Numbered from the whole stretch's first letter, positions 49,357-59,013 are shown. The stretch: DNA of 63,892 bases, filler included, from Acidimicrobiia bacterium (GCA_041619515.1; 12 parts of 12 records of this genome joined end to end with filler, not necessarily neighbours in it), one strand, 5' to 3'. Numbers and translations are program-made. The notes: generated from the letters alone by a model not told the origin.

Positions 49357-49563
49357 AGCCGCTACGTCGCCGAGGTGAAACTCAACAACCTCAACAACGC
49401 CCTGACCGATGGGTTCAACGTGCAAGTATCTTCGAACCCCGGCAAGGCCCACCGGGGAGGCCTGTGCTTCGGCGACTCCGGAGGCGCCGTGTTCCTCGAC
49501 GGTGAGATCGTGGCCGTGAACTCGTTCGTCCTGAACCTCCAGTCGATGGCCGACCGATCCTGA
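49357..49563 (+). pseudogene. Trypsin-like (S1) serine protease fragment
   Basis: GGLCFGDSGGAVF catalytic Ser motif and VAVNSF; in-frame stop just upstream; no His/Asp half; premature C-terminus. Confidence 0.7.
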
Positions 49564-49602
49564 TTGGCTCGCCGGCTTCTAGCCGAGGCCAGACGTTTCG
49601 AT

Positions 49603-49629
49603 GGGGCCGCCCGGCCGACGGGCGGCCCC
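49603..49629. terminator. GC-rich hairpin downstream of the phytase-like gene
   Basis: GGGGCCGCCC-N7-GGGCGGCCCC. Confidence 0.45.
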
Positions 49630-49685
49630 GGCGCGTCGGTTGCCCCCGATCCGGCCGTGCCAGCGCTTGACGGGCGGCCGGCCGA

Positions 49686-50834
49686 TCAGGCCGGCTCCAG
49701 ATCCAGAGCCAGCACGATGAACTGCGTGAACTGGCCCGGGTTGAAGTTGTTGTCGCTCACGATGACCAGGGTCCGTCGCCCGTCCGCCAGATCGGGCCCG
49801 AACGTCATTCCCTCGATGTTGTCGATCGGGATGCCGAGGTCGTCAAAGGCGAACACCTCGGTCTGGGAGACCGGCGTGAAGGTGGCGCCGGCCAGGGCAT
49901 CCACTGCCAGCACGTCGGTGGCACCGGCGGTCGACACCTCGTTGATGACCACCACGTTGCCGGTCCCGCCGCCCAGCACGCCGCCCACCGAGAACGAGCG
50001 CTCCATCACCAGCATCGTCCCGACGTCGTCGATCGGCAGCACCTCGACGATCCCGTTGACCCCGAAGATCGCCGACGGCTCGGCCCACGGCCCCACCTCG
50101 TACACGTACTCGGCGGCCGGCCGGCGCTGGCGGGCGTCGTACAGCAGGATCCGGGCCAGGCTCCCGTTGGTGAACGTCGACGCGGGCCCGTCCTGGAACA
50201 GCGCCCCCTCGTTGGTGGTGACCAGCGTCCGCCGGTCGGGCGTCAGGTTGAGGCTCTCGAACGCCAGGTTGAAGCGCACGCCCCGGTCCACCCCGTTCGG
50301 CAGGTACTTATCGGGGATCGGCAACGTCGCCGTGACCCGGCCGTTGCGGTTGTAACGCTTGATCCACGGGTCGATGATCGGCGACGCGAAGACGTTCCCC
50401 TCCGACGATGCGTACAGGTGGCCCTTCGGCCCCAGCGCCAGCCCCTCGGGGTCGAGCCCGCCGGGGGCGAACGGCTGCTTCTTCGTCTCGAACAGCTGGG
50501 TGACGTCGACGAACTCGAGGTCGCCCGGGTCGAAGATGCCGTCGCTCACGTCGATGGCCACCGTGTAGTAGCGGACCGGGTCGCCGGTGGGCCGGTTGCC
50601 CTGGTCGTCGGAGATCGCGTAGTAGACGCCCCGCCCGTCGTCGTAGGTGATGCTCGACAGGCCGCCGATCTCCGTGCCAGCGAACGTCGCGCCCGTGGGC
50701 ACCACGACCTCGCCGAGGAACTCGACGCCGGCCACCGTCTGCGGCTCGCCGACCCCCGGGCCGGACACCGCCGCCGCGGGCGCCACCAGCCACACGGCGA
50801 CCACCACCGTGAAGATCGACCACAACCGAGTCAT
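49686..50834 (-). CDS. Secreted phytase-like (esterase-like activity of phytase) protein
   Basis: Signal peptide, IGGLSSI, YYAISDD, LDPEGL, FESL, DNIEGMTFGP, VSDNNF; GGGAGG RBS. Confidence 0.9.
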   Translation of the reverse strand: MTRLWSIFTVVVAVWLVAPAAAVSGPGVGEPQTVAGVEFLGEVVVPTGATFAGTEIGGLSSITYDDGRGVYYAISDDQGNRPTGDPVRYYTVAIDVSDGIFDPGDLEFVDVTQLFETKKQPFAPGGLDPEGLALGPKGHLYASSEGNVFASPIIDPWIKRYNRNGRVTATLPIPDKYLPNGVDRGVRFNLAFESLNLTPDRRTLVTTNEGALFQDGPASTFTNGSLARILLYDARQRRPAAEYVYEVGPWAEPSAIFGVNGIVEVLPIDDVGTMLVMERSFSVGGVLGGGTGNVVVINEVSTAGATDVLAVDALAGATFTPVSQTEVFAFDDLGIPIDNIEGMTFGPDLADGRRTLVIVSDNNFNPGQFTQFIVLALDLEPA

Positions 50835-51130
50835 CGTCACCCTCCCAGAGTCGGATCGGCGACACCAACCTACCCGGTGGGCAGCGGGGAGCTCGCGAGA
50901 AGGGCCGCCGTTCGGGGCGTTCGCCCCTGGCCGATCAGCACCGATCGGGCAGACCATCCGACGGCGTGCCCCTTGGCTTGGGTGCTGACACCCCACCCGA
51001 TCGTCCACGCGCGTACCAATCGTCCGACAAGGATGATGCCCGACAACGGCACTGTTGTCCTCGCTACCAGCGACCAGCCGACCTCAGCATGCGGCCGGAC
51101 GATCTGGGCGGCGGGCCACCGAGCCGCGCG

Positions 51131-51243
51131 TCAACGGAAGTCCGTGCGGAGAGGCTCGATATCCGGGAGTCGACCCGCGTCCGTGACGTAGCGCTCCTTC
51201 GCAACATGGTGCTCCCCCACCTCGGGCCGATGCCTCTCAGCAA
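51131..51243 (-). CDS. Possible 3' end of a gene at the contig edge
   Basis: Manual translation AERHRPEVGEHHVAKERYVTDAGRLPDIEPLRTDFR*. Confidence 0.35.
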
Positions 51244-51345
51244 NNNNNNNNNNNNNNNNNNNNNNNNNNNNNNNNNNNNNNNNNNNNTTAATTAATTAAN
51301 NNNNNNNNNNNNNNNNNNNNNNNNNNNNNNNNNNNNNNNNNNNAG

Positions 51346-51837
51346 ATCGTCGAGTTCGGCCAGGCGAACTTCATGAAGCCGGAGGATCCGCCTTCGGCTC
51401 CGGTTTGTGTTCCCGTCGACGAGGCCGAGGAGTGGGAAGCCAAGCGACGGGCCGGCGAGGACGTCCCGGCACTGGGAGCAGTCGTCCAACAATGGCTGGA
51501 GGAATACGGCACTGCTCCCTGCTCCACCTCCCCGCCGACGACGACGGTGACCCCCACCACCGCACGGACCACCACCACGACTACGACTACGACCACGACC
51601 ACGACCCTGGCACCGACCACCACCACGACGGTCGCCCCAACCACCACCACCACCGTCGCCCCGACCACCACCACCACCGTCGCCCCGACCACCACCACCA
51701 CCGTCGCCCCAACCACCACCACCACCGTCGCCCCAACCACCACCACCACCGTCGCCCCAACCACCACCACCACCACCGTCGCCCCGACCACCACCACCAC
51801 GATGCCGTCGACGACCACGACCTACACGATGCCGTGA
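51346..51837 (+). CDS. C-terminus of a protein with a mucin-like (TTTTTVAP)n tail, 5' truncated
   Basis: Open frame from the contig edge; Cys pair followed by about 100-aa Thr-rich tail. Confidence 0.75.
   Translation: MVEFGQANFMKPEDPPSAPVCVPVDEAEEWEAKRRAGEDVPALGAVVQQWLEEYGTAPCSTSPPTTTVTPTTARTTTTTTTTTTTTTLAPTTTTTVAPTTTTTVAPTTTTTVAPTTTTTVAPTTTTTVAPTTTTTVAPTTTTTTVAPTTTTTMPSTTTTYTMP
51612..51800 (+). repeat. In-frame 24-bp tandem repeat, about 7-8 copies
   Basis: ACCACCACCACCACCGTCGCCCC(A/G) repeated, encoding TTTTTVAP. Confidence 0.9.
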
Positions 51838-51846
51838 TCGGGTGAT

Positions 51847-53253
51847 CTAACCCTCCAAGTCCGCACCCGTGTCGAATACGGCGAACACGTCGGTGACCGG
51901 GTCGATGTTGCTCTCGCCCCGTACGGTCAGCCGATAGGTTCCGGAACCAAGCGGCCCGAGCTCCGCCGCGTGCCAACCGTCATCGCCCGGCGTCAGCGTC
52001 GAGGTGGCCGCTACCGAGCCTGTTTCGGTGCTGACCACGGTGGCGGTGAGCTGGGCCCACTCGACCTCCGGGAGCACCCGGACCGGGACTGGTTCATCGG
52101 CCAGGAAGGCATCATCGATATCCAGGCTCAACCCCGCCGCCGGGGCGAAGAAGCGCGACTGGTCTATGGATTGGCGGCCGAGCACGCCGATCAGCTGGCT
52201 GAGGGCGTGGTCGGCGTTTTGGAGCGATCCGTGCCGCTCCTTGATGTAGACCTCGCGGTCCTGGTTGCTCAATTCGATCGGGGTGGCCGAAACTCGAGGA
52301 ACCGTGCCGTCTCCCCCGAGGTCCTCGTCCTGGTACGCGCCAATGATCTCGAGCTCGTCTCCGGTGAGGCGAGCCGACTGCAGGGTCGGCTGGAACAACC
52401 CCACCACCGGCTGGATCTGGTACCCGTTGTCCAGGTAGTCGCTCTCGGCGCGATTGGCATCGACCGCTTCCCGGATAGCGGTGTGGAAGTCGAGCGCGCC
52501 GGCCGCCCGGGCGGGGTCCAGCCCGGGAATTCCCTCGACTTCTGTCACCCGCGCCATCTGTCCCCCGCTTTCGACACACGGGTAGATCGGCAGCAGCTGA
52601 TAAACGGAGGTGAACGACTGCAGCAGGGCGGTGAGGTCGACCAGTGTCACCGGGCCCAGCTTCCGTTTCATGCCGCGGGCGATGAAGCTGAGTGCGTTCA
52701 GGGAGCCCCGGTAGGGGGTCCCGAAGGTGATGAGCATTCGGGTGTCCTTCCAACCGTCGAGCAGCTCCAGAAAGTAACGGGAGACGAGGCCACCCATCGA
52801 GTGGCCGACGAGGATGAGCTTGGCATCCTGGTTGCCCGAGCGCTCCCGCCACTCGGAGAGCCAGGCGTGGCTGCTGCGGGCCAGGGCGCGGGCCGAGGCC
52901 CGGTTGTCCCGCCGCCAGTCGTACGGGAACTCGAAGAAATTCGCACCCTCCGCTACGTCGAAGGTCTCCTTGATGGTCCCGGCGACTTTGCCGTAGCCGT
53001 CGATCTTCCATAGCCCGGGGATCAGGCTCACGTCGGGCATGATCCGGGGAGCCGTAATACCGTCTCCGAGGTCGTCCGCGTCTGGCGAGTCGTCGGTCAA
53101 TTCCAGGTCCGAGACCAGGCGTCCGAGGCCGAGCAGCGCCCGGGCGGCGGCTCCGCCCGAAACGGCCCAGATGTCCTTGCCGTCCTTTTGGAGGACGCTG
53201 CCGGTGATGCCCGGTATGAGGACGACCACGTCCTTCATTGGGGTCCGAGACAC
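51847..53253 (-). CDS. LCAT/PGAP1-like alpha/beta hydrolase (lipase/acyltransferase) with C-terminal beta-sandwich
   Basis: GGAGGAGG RBS before GTG; IPGITGS, FPYDWR, LVGHSMGGLV (Ser), GTPYRGS, SVYQLLP, GDGTVP (Asp), ERHGSL (His); no signal peptide. Confidence 0.9.
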   Translation of the reverse strand: MSRTPMKDVVVLIPGITGSVLQKDGKDIWAVSGGAAARALLGLGRLVSDLELTDDSPDADDLGDGITAPRIMPDVSLIPGLWKIDGYGKVAGTIKETFDVAEGANFFEFPYDWRRDNRASARALARSSHAWLSEWRERSGNQDAKLILVGHSMGGLVSRYFLELLDGWKDTRMLITFGTPYRGSLNALSFIARGMKRKLGPVTLVDLTALLQSFTSVYQLLPIYPCVESGGQMARVTEVEGIPGLDPARAAGALDFHTAIREAVDANRAESDYLDNGYQIQPVVGLFQPTLQSARLTGDELEIIGAYQDEDLGGDGTVPRVSATPIELSNQDREVYIKERHGSLQNADHALSQLIGVLGRQSIDQSRFFAPAAGLSLDIDDAFLADEPVPVRVLPEVEWAQLTATVVSTETGSVAATSTLTPGDDGWHAAELGPLGSGTYRLTVRGESNIDPVTDVFAVFDTGADLEG

Positions 53254-53316
53254 GAAGCCTCCTCCGATACGATGGCGTGCCATATTGAACCACAGCGAGA
53301 TAGCCATGAGGATCAC

Positions 53317-54732
53317 ATGCCAGACCTGATCGTTGCCAACGGTGTGAACGGTCTCACCGGGGAATACCTGCTTCCTCCCGCCACTCCGGCGCAGCTGGCA
53401 GGGCTGGCCACCGGCGGCGACGAGGATGGCGCCGGGGCCTGGCTGAAGAGCGTTACCGACAAGATCGGCCAGGCTCACTTCGGACTTCCCTGGAACATCG
53501 ACCCCGCCGACCCGGCCCAAGCGGGTTGGGCGGTGGTGCTCGGCGAGGGCGAATCCGAGGCGGTCCAAACGGCGCTGGGGCCACTCATCGACCACCGGCG
53601 GAGCAATATCGAGGACGGGCTGGTCAAGGTCCTCGACTATCAGCCCGGCGAGACGTGGTCCGATTGGCTGGCGCGCCATGGGACTGGCCCCGGGAACGTC
53701 GACCCGGCGAAGGTTCCCTATTACGTGCTGCTGATCGGGAGCCCGGGGCGGATCCCGTTCTCGTTCCAGTATCTCCTCGACGTCGAGTACGCGGTTGGAC
53801 GACTCGATTTCGACGAAGCGGCCGACTACGGCAGGTACGCAGAGGCCATCATCGCCTCCGAGACGGGAGCGTCGCCGCCCCGCTCCAAGCGGGCCGCTTT
53901 CTTCGCTACCCGCCATCCGTTCGACAGTGCAACGCCTCTCAGCGCCGATCGACTTGTCCGACCCCTCGCCGAAGGGGACCCTGCGGCCGGTCGAGCCGGG
54001 GTTGCGGAAACCGTTGGATACGAAACCAGCTTGCTCCTGGGCGATGCGGCGACCAAAGATGCCCTGACCGAGATCATGACCGGGACCGGGCCCGCCCAGC
54101 GGCCCGGGGTGCTCTTCAGTGCCACCCACGGCCTCGGCGGCTGGCCGCCCGGACACCCCGACCAGAGATCCAAGCACGGCGCCCTCCTGTGTCAGGACTG
54201 GCCGGGTGTCGGCCAGATGCAGCCCGGGCAGTATTTCGCCGCTTCCGACCTCTCCCCCGACGCCGACGTGGGCGGCATGGTGGCGTTCCTGTTTGCGTGT
54301 TACGGGGCAGGCACCCCCGAACGCGACCAGTTCGTGCATGAGCCGGGTATGCCGCCCCCGCAGATTGCCGACGAGCCTTTCGTCGCCGCCCTGCCAAAGT
54401 CCCTGCTCGCCCACCCCGCCGGCGGGGCGCTGGCCGTGATCGGTCACATCGAACGGGCATGGGGCTACTCGTTCACATCCACCGCCGGGGCTCAGCTGCT
54501 CCCCTTCCAGAACGCCCTCGGACAGATCATGGCCGGCAGGCCGGTCGGCCACGCCATGAAGGATTTCAACGAGAAGTATGCCGCCCTGTCCACCAACCTG
54601 AGCGACGTGCTCGAGAACGTCTCGTTCGGGAAGGTAGTGCCGGACTCGGAGCTTGCCACGCTGTGGACCGAGCGCAACGACGCTCAGAATTACGCGGTGA
54701 TCGGCGATCCTGCCGCCCGGCTGCGAGCCTGA
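53317..54732 (+). CDS. Peptidase C25 (gingipain/caspase-fold, clan CD)-like cysteine protease, cytoplasmic
   Basis: GAGG RBS; YVLLIGSP..IPF, YAVGRL, SATHG (His), FACYG (Cys), C-terminal YAVIGDPA; no signal peptide. Confidence 0.82.
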   Translation: MPDLIVANGVNGLTGEYLLPPATPAQLAGLATGGDEDGAGAWLKSVTDKIGQAHFGLPWNIDPADPAQAGWAVVLGEGESEAVQTALGPLIDHRRSNIEDGLVKVLDYQPGETWSDWLARHGTGPGNVDPAKVPYYVLLIGSPGRIPFSFQYLLDVEYAVGRLDFDEAADYGRYAEAIIASETGASPPRSKRAAFFATRHPFDSATPLSADRLVRPLAEGDPAAGRAGVAETVGYETSLLLGDAATKDALTEIMTGTGPAQRPGVLFSATHGLGGWPPGHPDQRSKHGALLCQDWPGVGQMQPGQYFAASDLSPDADVGGMVAFLFACYGAGTPERDQFVHEPGMPPPQIADEPFVAALPKSLLAHPAGGALAVIGHIERAWGYSFTSTAGAQLLPFQNALGQIMAGRPVGHAMKDFNEKYAALSTNLSDVLENVSFGKVVPDSELATLWTERNDAQNYAVIGDPAARLRA

Positions 54733-54945
54733 GTTGGCCGATTATCGAGGGATTGCGCCGGCCGCCGAGGCCTGAAAACACATAGTGTGGGCACAACCCC
54801 TACTAAGAGTAGGAGCCAGGCCACGAGCGGGACACCGAAGATTCGTGTAAGTTTGTGGCATCCGCATGTGCGGTGGCGGGGTCAACCGGAGGGACCGGCC
54901 GGCGCTCGCCGTCGTATAGGTGTGCGGTAGGGCAACGGAGGTCGG

Positions 54946-56255
54946 ATGATCCGGCGGGCTGGCGGACGGCGAACGGCATCAGCGGTGTCGATACTCGTGG
55001 CACTGGCGATGGCCCTTGCCCTGCTGGCGATGCCGAACGCCGTGGAACTGGCGGAGGCGACGACCCCGGCGGCGGGATGCGACGCACCCGGGGCAGTCGT
55101 GATAGGCACCGACCTGTGGAACCCGAACCGTGACCCCGCCGGGCCCGGGGGCGTATCAGAAGTCACGGTCCCAATCGACGTCCAACCGGGAACCTACCGG
55201 CTGACCCTGGTCTCGTCGGACGACCACGCCTCCAAATTCGATCAGACCGACCAGACCGAGGAGCAATGGTTCATCGTCCTCGACGACGACACCGGCTACA
55301 CGTCACCGCCCAGCAACGACCTCCCCGACGATCAGGTGACCATCAGCACGACGTTCATCGCCGAGGTGGGCAGTGGTGCCACGACCCTGACCGCCCGTCA
55401 TCTCGGTGCCGGCACCTCCATCAATAGCATCAGAGCCGACTGCGCCGTCTTCACACCGATCGACCCGCCGTCGAACGCGTGTGCAACCCCGGGGGCCGTG
55501 CAGATCGGCGCCGAACTGCTGAACCCGAATGTGAATCCCTCCAAACCCGAGTTCACGGTGACCATCCCCGCCTCGCAGCGCCCGGCCGCCGGAAGCTATT
55601 CGATCACGCTCATCTCCTCTGACGATCACTCCGGCAAGCTCGACCAGACCGACCAGACCGAAGAACAGTGGTTCATGATTCTCAACGACGCGACCGGGTA
55701 CACCTCACCCCCCACCGACGACCTGCCCGACGATCAGAACACGATCGCCACGACGTTCACGGCCGAGCTGGGCGACGGAGCCACGACCCTGACCGCCCGC
55801 CATCTGGGAGCCGGCACCTCCATCAACAGCATCCGGGCGGACTGTGCGGTCTTCACCCCCCTGGCGCTCACCGGTCGGATCGTGGTGGAGAAACAGACCG
55901 ACGTCGAGGGTGACCCGACCGTGTTCGCGTTCACCGGGGACCTCACCGCCACCCTCTCCGACAACGACACCGCCTCCCTCGACGTTGACCCCGGCACCTA
56001 CACGGTCACCGAAACCAGCCTTCCCGGGTGGACCCTCACCGACATCACCTGCATCGGCGGCGACGCCACCGGTGACATCAGCACCGGCACCGCCACCTAC
56101 ACCGTGACAGCAGGCGACATCATCACCTGCACCTTCACCAACCAGGCCACCAACGGCAACCAGGGTCGGATCGTGGTGGAGAAACAGACCGACGTTGAGG
56201 GTGACCCGACCGTGTTCGCGTTCACCGGGGACCTCACCGCCACCCTGGCCGACAA
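54946..56255 (+). CDS. Secreted/surface protein with two tandem approx. 130-aa domains and SpaA/prealbumin-like repeats, 3' truncated
   Basis: GGAGG RBS, signal peptide; duplicated C..PGAV..SSDDH..DQTDQTEEQWF..INSIRADCAVF; repeated GRIVVEKQTD..FAFTG..TFTN. Confidence 0.85.
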
Positions 56256-56421
56256 NNNNNNNNNNNNNNNNNNNNNNNNNNNNNNNNNNNNNNNNNNNNT
56301 TAATTAATTAANNNNNNNNNNNNNNNNNNNNNNNNNNNNNNNNNNNNNNNNNNNNACCTACAATCGGTGAACTTGGTCCACACACTATGTGTGTGTCGCA
56401 GCCGCCGCGTACGGTGCAAGG

Positions 56422-57897
56422 ATGTTTGCATCCATCGCATCCACAGCCCTGGTCGGTGTTGAAACCCGGCCTGTTCAGGTGGAGGTCCACGCCGCCGGAT
56501 CGGGCCGTCCATCGTTTTCGATCGTCGGCCTCCCCGACACCGCCGTGCGCGAGGCGCGAGAGCGGGTGCTCTCGGCGCTGGCGGCATCCGGGTTTCGGGT
56601 GCCCCAATCCCGGATCACGGTCAATCTCTCACCGGCGGACCTCCCGAAGGCGGGCTCTGCGTACGACCTGCCGATTGCGCTCGGGACTCTGGTCGCGATG
56701 GGCCAGGTGTCGGCGGCCGCCGCCCGGGTGGTGGCGCTCGGTGAGCTGGCGCTGAACGGAAGCGTGCGGGCGGTGCGGGGCGGATTGGGTGCCGCCGTCG
56801 TCGCCCGGCATCTGTCGCTTCCATGCTTGCTCGCTCCCGACGCGGCCGGTGAAGCCAGGCGGGTTCCCGGCAGCGATGTCCGGGGCGCCGCCACCTTGGT
56901 GGAGGCGGTGGGGGTGGCGCTCGGGTCGGTCCCGGGCACCACCATTGAGCCGGCTCCTCCCGAGGGAGCGGTCGAGGCCGCCGATCTGGCCGACGTGCGT
57001 GGCCAGCTCATCGCCCGCCGGGCCATCGAGGTGGCGGCTGCCGGTGGGCATCATCTGCTCATGTTCGGGCCGCCCGGGGCCGGCAAGACGATGCTGGCTG
57101 CCGCGCTCCCGTCGCTGCTGCCGCCGCTCAGCCAGGAAGAGGCGCTCGAGGTTGCCCTGGTGTGGGCGGCGGCCGGCCTCGATCGCGGGGGTTCGAGGAC
57201 GCCGCCGTTCCGAAGCCCGCACCACACCGCCACCGTGGCGGCGATGGTGGGTGGCGGAAGCGGGCTTCCCAGCCCCGGCGAGGTGAGCGCCGCCCACCGT
57301 GGTGTCCTTTTCCTCGATGAGCTCGGCGAGATCCCCTCCCGCCTGCTGGATGCGCTTCGGCAGCCGATCGAGGATGGGTGGGTCACGATTGCCCGTCGCG
57401 GCCATACCGTTCGCTTTCCCTCCAAGTTTCAGCTGGTCGCCGCCACCAATCCCTGCCCGTGTGGGTTCGAGGGGGATCGGTTGGTGGGGTGCTCCTGTAC
57501 TGCAGCGGCGCGCGACCGCTACCGCAGCAGGTTCTCGGGACCGCTGCTCGACCGCATCGATATGCGGGTCAGGGTGGAGCGTCTCGACCTGGAAGCTATG
57601 ACCGGTCCGCCGGGGGAGGCTTCGGCGGAGGTGCGAGCCAGGGTGTCGGCGGCTCGGGAGGTTCAGTCGGGGCGTGGTCGCTTGAATCGCTCGCTCGGAC
57701 GCCGGGCCCTCGATGAGGAGCCGTTCACCGGTGGGGCGACCCGGTTGCTGGCCGCGGCGGTGGATCGGTTCCAGTTGACGGCCCGCGGCTGGGACCGGGT
57801 GCGACGGGTGGCGAGGACGATCGCCGATCTCGCCGGACAGGAGGAGATCGACGAGCAGGCGGTGGCCGAGGCGTTGTCCTACCGGGAGGAGTTGTGA
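56422..57897 (+). CDS. comM: YifB/ComM Mg-chelatase-like AAA+ ATPase
   Basis: IVGLPD.AVREARERV, NLSPADLPKAGS.YDLPIA, GPPGAGKT, FRSPHH, AHRGVLFLDE, NPCPCG, SGPLLDRID, RVARTIADL. Confidence 0.95.
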   Translation: MFASIASTALVGVETRPVQVEVHAAGSGRPSFSIVGLPDTAVREARERVLSALAASGFRVPQSRITVNLSPADLPKAGSAYDLPIALGTLVAMGQVSAAAARVVALGELALNGSVRAVRGGLGAAVVARHLSLPCLLAPDAAGEARRVPGSDVRGAATLVEAVGVALGSVPGTTIEPAPPEGAVEAADLADVRGQLIARRAIEVAAAGGHHLLMFGPPGAGKTMLAAALPSLLPPLSQEEALEVALVWAAAGLDRGGSRTPPFRSPHHTATVAAMVGGGSGLPSPGEVSAAHRGVLFLDELGEIPSRLLDALRQPIEDGWVTIARRGHTVRFPSKFQLVAATNPCPCGFEGDRLVGCSCTAAARDRYRSRFSGPLLDRIDMRVRVERLDLEAMTGPPGEASAEVRARVSAAREVQSGRGRLNRSLGRRALDEEPFTGGATRLLAAAVDRFQLTARGWDRVRRVARTIADLAGQEEIDEQAVAEALSYREEL

Positions 57898-58934
57898 GCC
57901 GGTCCGACCGGCTGCGGCTGGCCTCGCTCGGCTTGCATCCCGACCGGGTTCGGAAACTGCTGGCCGAGTGGGGAACGGCCGGAGCCGTTTTGCGGGCGGT
58001 CGAGCTCGCCCAGATCGAGGTGACCGACTCAACCAGGGATCGCCTGGCCATCGACTCCGAACAGGCGGCACGAGAGGCCGGGGCGACGGTGTTGCTGCGA
58101 GAGAATCTGCCCGACGAGCTGGCGACCCTGCCCGATGCGCCCGATCTCCTCTACGTGCGCGGTGCTATTGCGCCGCAGCCGATGGTGGCCATCGTGGGCA
58201 CCAGACGTGCCACCGCCTACGGCCTGCGCCTGGCCCGCACATTCGGTCGAGCGGTGGCCGGGGCCGGCTGGCCGGTCGTGTCCGGCCTGGCGCGCGGCAT
58301 CGACGGGGCAGCTCACCTCGGCTGTCTCGACGCGGCCGGTACCGGGGTGGCGGTGCTGGGGTGCGGCGTCGATGTCGCCTATCCACCCGAGCATCGCCGG
58401 CTGGCCGATCGTCTTCTCGAGGGTGGGGGAGGGGTGGTCTCCGAATACGCCCCCGGGGCGCCGCCCGACGCATGGCGTTTTCCGCCCCGCAATCGGATCA
58501 TCTCCGGCCTGGCATCGGTGGTGGTCGTCGTGGAGGCGGGGGTGAGGGGCGGAGCACTGATTACTGCTGCACGAGGCTTGGAACAGGGACGACTGGTGCT
58601 GGCGGTTCCCGGCGACGTGGACCGGGAGACCTCGCGAGGCTGCAATCTGCTCATCCGGGACGGGGCGCATCCGGTGCTCGACGTCGATGATCTGATCACC
58701 AGCCTGTCGTTCGTGCTGGGGCCTCCGGCGGTGCCGGAGGACCCGGCCTCAGCCGTGGCGGGGGTGGTGGCGAAGCACGGGAGCACGCTCGATCAGGTGG
58801 CGGCGGAGCTGGGTTGCACGGCGGCCGAGGCCGCCGCCCGGGTGACGGCCGCCGAAGTGCAGGGGCTCGTCAGGGTGGACCGGGGGCTGGTGTTCGTCGC
58901 GACCGGGCGACAACCAGACGGGCCGGAACAGTGA
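57894..58934 (+). CDS. dprA: DNA-processing protein DprA
   Basis: AIVGTRRAT.YG, VSGLARGIDGAAH, F..RNRIISG, VVEAG..GGALITA, GCNLLI. Confidence 0.95.
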   Translation: MSRSDRLRLASLGLHPDRVRKLLAEWGTAGAVLRAVELAQIEVTDSTRDRLAIDSEQAAREAGATVLLRENLPDELATLPDAPDLLYVRGAIAPQPMVAIVGTRRATAYGLRLARTFGRAVAGAGWPVVSGLARGIDGAAHLGCLDAAGTGVAVLGCGVDVAYPPEHRRLADRLLEGGGGVVSEYAPGAPPDAWRFPPRNRIISGLASVVVVVEAGVRGGALITAARGLEQGRLVLAVPGDVDRETSRGCNLLIRDGAHPVLDVDDLITSLSFVLGPPAVPEDPASAVAGVVAKHGSTLDQVAAELGCTAAEAAARVTAAEVQGLVRVDRGLVFVATGRQPDGPEQ

Positions 58935-59013
58935 TCGTGCCCGCGAGGTTCTGGCCCGACATGACTAGTCACATTGCGCGCGAATTCTTGTAGTCCTGCC
59001 ATATGATGATGTG

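Noticed and set aside
51587..51976. Trp-rich, His-rich and Val-rich ORFs over the 24-bp repeat
   Set aside because: Alternative frames of the ACC-rich repeat; the Thr frame fits codon usage and the similar Thr tracts elsewhere in the window
51847..54552. 901-aa ORF suggesting a long N-terminal extension on the lipase
   Set aside because: The extension is the antisense shadow of the C25 protease gene; a strong GGAGGAGG RBS marks the real start at 53253; stop-free antisense frames are common at this GC content
58935..59013. AT-rich spacer with TGACTAGTCA palindrome as a dif site
   Set aside because: Does not show the TAA-N6-TTA two-arm core of dif; better explained as the xerC promoter
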